Below are positions 26,735-32,000 of a stretch of DNA of 32,000 nt, piece after piece. The translations under genes and the position numbers were made by a program. The notes beneath the pieces are model-generated. The model saw only the letters and a program-made list of their open reading frames with translations. It was not told where the DNA came from and did not search any database. Each line of letters starts with the position of its first letter. The stretch's first letter is position 1. The stretch is from Candidatus Brocadia sp. (GTDB lineage: Bacteria; Planctomycetota; Brocadiia; Brocadiales; Brocadiaceae), in contig CP091279.1 of NCBI GenBank assembly GCA_021650915.1, positions 1,350,001 to 1,382,000 of the forward strand, read 5' to 3'.

Positions 26735-26808
26735 TGGCTGGGGAACTAGGATTCGAACCTAGACTAAATGATCCAGAGTCATTTGTGCTACCGTTACACT
26801 ATTCCCCA
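26735..26808 (-). tRNA. tRNA-Gln (anticodon CUG), CCA encoded
   Basis: The reverse complement reads TGGGGAA TA GTGT AACGGTA GCAC A AATGA CTCTGGA TCATT TAGT CTAGG TTCGAAT CCTAG TTCCCCA G CCA. It has a 7-bp acceptor stem, 4-bp D stem, 5-bp anticodon stem and 5-bp T stem with a TTCGAAT loop. The anticodon loop is C-T-CTG-G-A. Confidence 0.95.
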
Positions 26809-26970
26809 GTGTTTTGAATGACGCACGATCGGCTTCTGCGCCATTTAATTGATGTTGAAATTTGATATGAAAAAGAGGAATTTCAAAATCAGGACACAGA
26901 TGTTCACCGGAACATATCTCAATCCCAATCATCTGCTGTGCTTATCCGCGTCCTAAAATTTAATCGCTCA

Positions 26971-26999
26971 ATGATACAATATATTCTTAAGCTAGTCAA
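26971..26999 (-). promoter_or_regulatory. Sigma70-like promoter candidate between ubiE and tRNA-Gln
   Basis: The minus strand reads TTGACT (26999-26994), a 17-nt spacer, then TATCAT (26976-26971). It lies about 155 nt upstream of the tRNA 5' end, so the assignment is uncertain. Confidence 0.3.
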
Positions 27000-27014
27000 G
27001 TCTATTGATGTTAT

Positions 27015-27749
27015 TTAATTACCAGGCTTTGTACCAACATGGACGGTAACAATCCCCAGCGTCTTCGGGTATATTTTCACGTCTTCAAGACCACAGGATT
27101 CCATCTGAGTCCGCAGTCCATATCGGTCGGGAAAGTTTAGCACGGATGACGGGAGATAGGAGTATGCGTTATACTTACTGCGAGAGATGAGTCTTCCGAT
27201 GAAAGGAAGTATTTTTTTGAAATAAAAATAATAGATCCCCTTGAAGACGGGATTGATAGGCTGAGAAAATTCCAGGATCACCACGCGTCCCCCCGGTGCG
27301 GTTATCCGCACCATCTCTGCAATACCAGCCCTCAGATCAGCCACATTCCTGATTCCAAATGCCACGCCAGAGACCTGAAAGGAATTGTCCCGAAATGGCA
27401 AACGCAAGGTATCGGCGTCAATAACCTTTATCTTGTCGGAAAGGTTCCTTCTCTTCAGCTTGAGTTCAGCCAGTCTTACCATTTCGTGGCAGAAGTCACT
27501 CCCGATAACCCTTCCACTGCCATTTAAAACCCTGGAATAAGCAATCGCCAGATCACCTGTGCCGGTACAAACGTCCAGCACCTTTGCATCCGGGGTAACA
27601 TTGCTCACCTTCACGGCAAACTTGCGCCAGCTCTTGTCAAAATTAAAACTTAAAATGGTATTTAAAAGGTCATATACCCTGGCAATCGAGCCAAACATCT
27701 GCTGGATATAGACACCCTTTTTTGTCAGTAAATCGGTTTGTGTAAGCAT
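27015..27749 (-). CDS. ubiE: Demethylmenaquinone/ubiquinone C-methyltransferase (UbiE/MenG family)
   Basis: 244 aa with the N-terminal family motif VYIQQMFGSIARVYDLLNTILSFNFDKSWRK and the SAM motif VLDVCTGTGDLAIAY. Confidence 0.85.
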   Translation of the reverse strand: MLTQTDLLTKKGVYIQQMFGSIARVYDLLNTILSFNFDKSWRKFAVKVSNVTPDAKVLDVCTGTGDLAIAYSRVLNGSGRVIGSDFCHEMVRLAELKLKRRNLSDKIKVIDADTLRLPFRDNSFQVSGVAFGIRNVADLRAGIAEMVRITAPGGRVVILEFSQPINPVFKGIYYFYFKKILPFIGRLISRSKYNAYSYLPSSVLNFPDRYGLRTQMESCGLEDVKIYPKTLGIVTVHVGTKPGN

Positions 27750-27863
27750 ATGCCCGTACTCTTAAACTCTTCTGCGGTCAGAAATCAGCATCCCATCGAT
27801 CAGGAGAACGATATTAAAATACCGTATCAGAAGAAAAAAAACAAATGATATTTATTTTATCCA

Positions 27864-27872
27864 TGCTATAAT
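27864..27872 (+). promoter_or_regulatory. Extended -10 promoter candidate for dus
   Basis: TGcTATAAT at 27864-27872, about 58 nt upstream of the ATG at 27930. No good -35 element. Confidence 0.3.
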
Positions 27873-27929
27873 AATGAAATTGCTTTCTACATCATAGCCA
27901 TGAAGGTTACTCACTTGCACAGATATTAG

Positions 27930-28907
27930 ATGTATACCATGAATCCTCATTTTTATGTACGGAATATTCCTATCTGCGGAGATGTAATTCTCTCCCCCAT
28001 GGCAGGATTTTCAGATATCCCTTTTCGGCTTATCTGCAGGGAATTTGGCATGGCAATGAGTTACACGGAAGTTATTTCTATGGACGGGGTACTGTGGAAT
28101 AACAGGAAAACTTTAAAGCTCCTCGAGTTCAGCCCGAAAGAAAGACCCGTTGTCTTCCAGATTCTTGGTAACGACGAGGATAAAATCGTCGAGGCCTGTC
28201 GCGTTATAGAACAACTGGGGCCAGACATTATCGATGTGAATATGGGTTGTTCTGTCTCAGATATCGCCGGCAAAGGGGCTGGCGCTGGACTTCTTAAAGA
28301 CCCCGCCAAGATCGGACGCATTTTCCATAAACTCACAACGACCCTTCGGGTGCCGGTAACAGGCAAGATTCGTCTGGGATGGGATGACAAATCGAGAAAT
28401 TATCTGGAAGTTGCCAAAATTCTCGAAGACAATGGCGCATCTCTCATCGCCGTTCACGGACGAACGCGATCTCAGTTTTTTTATGGTAAAGCCGACTGGA
28501 ACGCAATTGCCGAAGTCAAACAGTCCGTCAACATCCCTGTAATCGGAAACGGCGATGTAAGATGTGTAGCTGATATTGATCGTATCAGGAAGACGACGGG
28601 ATGCGATGGTGTCATGATTGGGCGCGCAGCTATAGGTCACCCCTGGATTTTCCAGCATAAGGACCGTGATCAGGTTGCAGTCGCCGACAAGATAGAACTT
28701 ATCCGGCGGCATTTGTCGCTTATGCTGGAACACTATGGGTATGATATTGGCGTAATCCTTTTCCGGAAACATGCGACGAAATACATTATGGGTCTGCCGA
28801 ATGCTTCAGAACTGCGCCCGCGTCTTGTAACATGCAATAGTCATGAAGAGATCATTGATCTTATCGCTTCTCACTATGGCCATATCCGGGAACAGGCAGC
28901 GGCATAA
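27930..28907 (+). CDS. dus: tRNA-dihydrouridine synthase (Dus family)
   Basis: 325 aa with LSPMAGFSDIPFR, DVNMGCSV, the HGRT region (IAVHGRTRSQ) and GRAAIGHPWIF. The start could be the Met at 27939. Confidence 0.9.
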   Translation: MYTMNPHFYVRNIPICGDVILSPMAGFSDIPFRLICREFGMAMSYTEVISMDGVLWNNRKTLKLLEFSPKERPVVFQILGNDEDKIVEACRVIEQLGPDIIDVNMGCSVSDIAGKGAGAGLLKDPAKIGRIFHKLTTTLRVPVTGKIRLGWDDKSRNYLEVAKILEDNGASLIAVHGRTRSQFFYGKADWNAIAEVKQSVNIPVIGNGDVRCVADIDRIRKTTGCDGVMIGRAAIGHPWIFQHKDRDQVAVADKIELIRRHLSLMLEHYGYDIGVILFRKHATKYIMGLPNASELRPRLVTCNSHEEIIDLIASHYGHIREQAAA

Positions 28908-28917
28908 CAACTTATTT

Positions 28918-29140
28918 CATAGCGCAGCACAGCCACAACCAAATTTCCTTTATGAAAGCGGGGAGATTGCTTCGGAAAAGGCCCTCGCAATGACAGCAAC
29001 CATGCACTTTGATGGCCACTGCACGTTGTCATTGCGAATGAAGCGAAGCAATCTTTCACTCATAAAAAACGGTACCTCCTGAAAGGGGTTTGTGAAAAAC
29101 TTACAAAAAAAGGAAGTTTTTATAGAGTAATATTATAAGG
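28918..29140 (+). repeat. REP-like hairpin repeat, family A, copy A3 (uninterrupted reference copy)
   Basis: Begins 11 nt after the dus stop and ends 7 nt before the cbiX-cbiC ATG, so it fills the whole intergenic spacer. The track ORFs 28843..29082(+) and 28874..29059(-) are its translations. Confidence 0.85.
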
Positions 29141-29147
29141 AACATCA

Positions 29148-30161
29148 ATGAAAACGGGTGTCATTTTAATTTCACACGGCAGTAAAATCAGCAGCGGTAA
29201 CGATGGATTATTTCAGGTGGCAGACATGCTCCGCGCAATGAGACGATGGGATACGGTAGAAGCTGCTTTCTTGCAATTGGCAAAACCAGATTTCCCCGAG
29301 GTCGTCGCGAAAACAGTTCAATGCGGCGTGGGTCGCATCGTGGTAGTGCCACTGTTGTTGTTTAAAGGGAATCACGTCTATAAAGACATCCCGGAAATGC
29401 TGGAAGCTGAGAAAAAGAAATATCCCCACGTCGAGTTCATTTATTCCAATAATATCGGCGCTGACGAACGCATTGCCCTCATTGCCGCCGACCGAATTCA
29501 CGAGGTTTTAGTAGAAAGAGAGTACGGCGTTGGACAGCGCGTTGAACAACCGCAGGCTATTGTTGACGAGAGTTTCGACATTATTGAAAACCTCGTTGAC
29601 CTGAAATCCGTACCGGAACTACACCGGCCAATCATCCGGCGTGCTATCCACGCCACGGGTGATACGGAATACGCTTATAACCTGATTTTTCATCCTTCGG
29701 CCGTGGAAACCGGCATCCGTCTGATAAGAGGCGGAAAGAATATCGTGACTGACGTGAACATGGTAAAAGCAGGGATCAGCAAGGACCCTATTGAAAAATT
29801 CGGCGGTAAGATCATTTGTAAAATATCAGACCCCTCTGTTGTCGACGAGGCCAAACGCCTTGGTAAGACCCGTGCCATCGTATCAATACAGCAATCGTTA
29901 CCGGAGATGAAAGACGGCATAATGGTCATTGGCAATGCCCCCACCGCTTTGTTTGAACTTATTGATCTGATAAAAAAAGGGCTGGCACATCCCGCCCTGG
30001 TAATAGGCATTCCCGTGGGTTTTGTGGGTGCGGTTGAAGCAAAATCTGCCCTGAAAGATACGGCGGTGCCATACATAACCAACACCAACCGGAAGGGTGG
30101 TAGCGCTGTGGCGGTATCGATCATAAATGCCATGATCAACCTAGCAAAAGAGGCGCAATAA
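29148..30161 (+). CDS. Fusion protein: CbiX-type sirohydrochlorin cobaltochelatase (N) + precorrin-8X/cobalt-precorrin-8 methylmutase CbiC/CobH (C)
   Basis: The N-terminal ~125 aa are CbiX(S)-like (GVILISHGSK ... VVVPLLLFKGNHVYKDIPE ... IGADERI). The C-terminal ~200 aa are CbiC-like (IIRRAIHATGDTEYAYNLIF, IVTDVNMVKAGI, VIGNAPTALFELIDLI, PALVIGIPVGFVGAVEAKSAL, NRKGGSAVAVSIINAM). Confidence 0.85.
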   Translation: MKTGVILISHGSKISSGNDGLFQVADMLRAMRRWDTVEAAFLQLAKPDFPEVVAKTVQCGVGRIVVVPLLLFKGNHVYKDIPEMLEAEKKKYPHVEFIYSNNIGADERIALIAADRIHEVLVEREYGVGQRVEQPQAIVDESFDIIENLVDLKSVPELHRPIIRRAIHATGDTEYAYNLIFHPSAVETGIRLIRGGKNIVTDVNMVKAGISKDPIEKFGGKIICKISDPSVVDEAKRLGKTRAIVSIQQSLPEMKDGIMVIGNAPTALFELIDLIKKGLAHPALVIGIPVGFVGAVEAKSALKDTAVPYITNTNRKGGSAVAVSIINAMINLAKEAQ

Positions 30162-30312
30162 ACCCCGATGGACACCGTATCAGCAATGCTTCATTGTCTG
30201 CTGAATTTGGCAAATACCTTTTTCCCTCGTCTTGCCGGGGAAAAGCCAGTACTTCTGACGGGCAAAAGCCTTGAATTGGTACTCACGGCAAGGAGACATA
30301 TCCTCATCAAAT

Positions 30313-30444
30313 CGTAACAATTTAGCTTTTTGAAAAATTCTCTCTGTGAATAATATTGTCTTGTAGGGGCAGGTTTCAAACCTGCCCCTACACAGTAGGA
30401 GAAACACTGCCTTTATTGGAATTTTTCAAAAACTAACGTGTTAC
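30313..30444. mobile_element. MITE-like element B, copy B2
   Basis: Ends are gtaacaatttagctttttgaaaaa (30313-) and tttttcaaaaactaacgtgttac (-30444), similar to the B1 TIRs. The central GC-rich hairpin is gtaggggcaggttt-c-aaacctgcccctac (30363-30391). It abuts the A4 tail at the same cttacaaaaaaa|gtaacac junction seen for B1 in A2. Confidence 0.65.
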
Positions 30445-30527
30445 TTTTTTTGTAAGTTTTTTCATAAACTCCTTTCAAGAGGTACCGTTTTTTATGAGTG
30501 AAAGATTGCTTCGCTTCACTCGCAATG
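30445..30527 (-). repeat. REP-like hairpin repeat, family A, partial copy A4 (right arm + tail, reverse orientation), truncated by the IS110 element
   Basis: 30445-30527 is the reverse complement of the A segment cattgcgagtgaagcgaagcaatctttcactcataaaaaacggtacctcttgaaagg..ttt.tgaaaaaacttacaaaaaaa. Similarity stops abruptly after ctcgcaatg (30519-30527). Confidence 0.8.
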
Positions 30528-30666
30528 GTAATATGAAAAAGCAGCGTCCTTCCAAGGAGGTTAAAAAGCCTTGAATAGGCGATAACCTTTTGTGATATTA
30601 AATATCATAAAGGCTTTAGACCACCAATTAAGGTGGTAAGTCTTTAAACCTTGGAAAGGAGGCTGT

Positions 30667-31677
30667 ATGATAAAGTATATAGGATTGGATGCACATTCGT
30701 CAACATGTACATTCAATGTGACGGATGAAAGAGGGAGGGAAGTAGACAACACTACGATTGAGAGCAATGGTCGGCTTTTGGTGAAGTACTTGAGGGGAGT
30801 GGAGGGTGTTAAGAAACTGACCTTTGAAGAGTGTGAATTAAGCAACTGGCTGTATGAGATATTGAGACCTGAAGTAGATGAGTTGATCGTATGCAATCCT
30901 GTAGCAAACGGTGATTACAAGAAGAAAAAGACGGACAAGATGGATGCCAGGAAGCTGTCGAATCTTTTGCGAGGAGGTTTTCTCGTACCGGTATATCATG
31001 ATGGTTCAAAGAGGGAGAGGTTAAGGAGTTTAATGTCCGGGTATCAGGATTTCATTGAAGAGGGTGTGAGGCTAAAGAACCGATACAAATCCTTATTTCG
31101 GAAAAGTGGGAAGAAAATCAAAGGTGAAGCGTTATATAACGACGAGAGTTTCCTGGAAGGATTAGAGCGAAGAGACTTTCAATTTATTGGCACGCAGATC
31201 TATCAGCTTTTAGAGAAGATGGAAGAAGGCAGGCAGGAATATGTTAAAGAGATAGTTCGATGCAGTAAGGGATTTAAAGAGATAAAATATCTCAAGAGCA
31301 TTCCCGGCATTGGGAGTATCCAGGCGGCGAAGATCGTATCACAGGTAATAGACCCGGAGAGGTTTAGCAGTAAGTACAAATATTACAGCTACTGTGGGTT
31401 GGTGAGGCATAAGAGGATAAGTGATGGGAGGGGATATGGGAGTGAAAAGATTTGGGGAAATCGGATATTAAAATGCGTATACAAGATGGCAGGACATTCG
31501 GTTTTAAAGGGTAAGAGCGGTTTAAGGAACTATTACGATACCTTGCGGTTGAAAGGCATCGGTCATGACAATGCCTATAATGCAGTATGTCGTAAGATAG
31601 CGGCAATATCTTTAAGCGTGTGGAGGAAGAGTGAGAAATATAATGACAGACTGATCACTGGCAATCTAATCAAGTAA
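30667..31677 (+). CDS. IS110-family DEDD transposase/recombinase
   Basis: 336 aa. N-terminal RuvC-like DEDD region (YIGLDAHSSTCTF; TFEECELSNW; KTDKMDARKL). C-terminal Transposase_20-type region (LKSIPGIGSIQAAKIVSQVIDPERFSS..YCGLV). AGGAGG lies 4 nt upstream of the ATG. Confidence 0.92.
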   Translation: MIKYIGLDAHSSTCTFNVTDERGREVDNTTIESNGRLLVKYLRGVEGVKKLTFEECELSNWLYEILRPEVDELIVCNPVANGDYKKKKTDKMDARKLSNLLRGGFLVPVYHDGSKRERLRSLMSGYQDFIEEGVRLKNRYKSLFRKSGKKIKGEALYNDESFLEGLERRDFQFIGTQIYQLLEKMEEGRQEYVKEIVRCSKGFKEIKYLKSIPGIGSIQAAKIVSQVIDPERFSSKYKYYSYCGLVRHKRISDGRGYGSEKIWGNRILKCVYKMAGHSVLKGKSGLRNYYDTLRLKGIGHDNAYNAVCRKIAAISLSVWRKSEKYNDRLITGNLIK

Positions 31678-31850
31678 AACAGGGCAAGAAGGCATGAAAG
31701 GCTGGTTCGCACCTGTTTTCTTGAGAGAGGGATGAGATCCACGTGTCATTGACCCAAAGAGGTCCAACGCAATGGTTGATCCGCCCTCGTTTAAATCGAA
31801 AATTACCATGCTCAGCAAAGAGCACCGATAGATGACTGAAAACCGATTGC
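31676..31850 (+). ncRNA. Candidate IS110-encoded bispecific guide RNA (bridge/seek RNA): 5' hairpin + target-binding module + donor-binding module
   Basis: Hand fold. Hairpin 31676-31719 (aaaacagg/cctgtttt). Module 1 (31727-31788): closing helix gaggg.tg.gatc / gatccgccctc, loop strands cacgtgtca (31740-48) and cgcaatggtt (31768-77), inner hairpin 31749-67. Module 2 (31794-31848): closing helix aatcg/cgatt, loop strands aaaattacca (31799-808) and ccgatagatgactgaaaac (31825-43), inner hairpin tgctc-agcaaa-gagca. The loop strands match the insertion site and the IS left end (see findings). Confidence 0.6.
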
Positions 31851-32000
31851 CGAAGGTATTTCAGAGAAGGTAGTAGAAAGAAAACGATAATAATCTGTTT
31901 GTCATTCATGCACTCAGGACTTTATGGCTTGATTAGCCTCAGTTAAGCGGAAGGGACGCATGGCAAGAAAACATTTCTTTGGTTTTTTTGTCAACAGGGA

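Larger units (their letters stand above)
30528..31897 (+). mobile_element. IS110-family insertion sequence (IS1111-like layout: short left end, long non-coding right end); right boundary tentative
   Basis: The left boundary is defined by the loss of repeat-A homology after ...ctcgcaa-TG at 30527. One DEDD transposase gene. The 139-bp left end is short, and the non-coding right end is at least 218 bp. The right end at 31897 is proposed only from the cgata-N5-ctg match to loop strand 31826-31838; the element may instead run past 32000. Confidence 0.75.

Noticed and set aside
28908-29147. Expected cobalamin riboswitch upstream of the cbiX-cbiC gene
   Set aside because: The whole spacer is repeat A3. 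No B12-box-like element (consensus around AGYCMGGAGACC) is visible.
30561-31009. Minus-strand ORFs 30561-30896 and 30809-31009 across the IS110 left end and the transposase start; also 31364-31606(-)
   Set aside because: They are antisense to the DEDD transposase gene and its RBS. Composition and position are consistent with chance ORFs.
31670-31909. 79-aa minus-strand ORF covering the IS110 right end
   Set aside because: The region is better explained by the two-module RNA structure on the plus strand. The ORF has no RBS, no motifs and would end inside the transposase stop region.

Overview
Positions 1-24047 are entirely minus-strand. They hold a co-directional flagellar type III export and basal-body cluster: flhB (5' end only), fliR, fliQ, fliP, fliO, fliN, fliM, fliL, an MgtE_N/FlbB-YlxF-like gene, fliJ, fliI, fliH, fliG and fliF, then a 400-bp spacer, then fliE, flgC and flgB. 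Upstream in the same orientation lies a regulatory and accessory block. It has a sigma54 enhancer-binding response regulator with a PAS histidine kinase, four secreted or membrane TPR proteins, an HsbR/HsbA-type partner-switching pair (REC + PP2C-like + RsbW-like kinase, plus STAS), and a second sigma54 EBP. Strong -24/-12 (sigma54) motifs sit before fliF and before the TPR-kinase-EBP unit. A third faces the opposite way inside the fliE-fliF spacer, ahead of an untracked 58-codon ORF. Positions 24.05-26.7 kb are repeat and mobile-DNA debris. They contain a REP-like hairpin repeat family (called A here, 4 copies in the window), a MITE-like element (B, 2 copies, both at the same position of A), a perfect 355-bp tandem duplication, an ISAzo13-like transposase remnant and a transposase-like ORF abutting tRNA-Gln(CUG). 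To the right are GC-richer housekeeping genes: ubiE/menG, dus and a cbiX-cbiC fusion. The most interesting object is the IS110-family element at about 30528 onward. It is inserted precisely in an arm of an A hairpin. Its non-coding right end (31676-31850) folds by hand into two similar internal-loop modules. The loop strands match the flanking target (CGCAA-TG / TG-ACACGTG) and the element's own left end (TG-GTAAT), which is the architecture of a bispecific bridge/seek guide RNA. No CRISPR array, rRNA or recognisable defence system was seen. All calls come from reading the sequence and remembered family motifs; no searches or folding programs were run.
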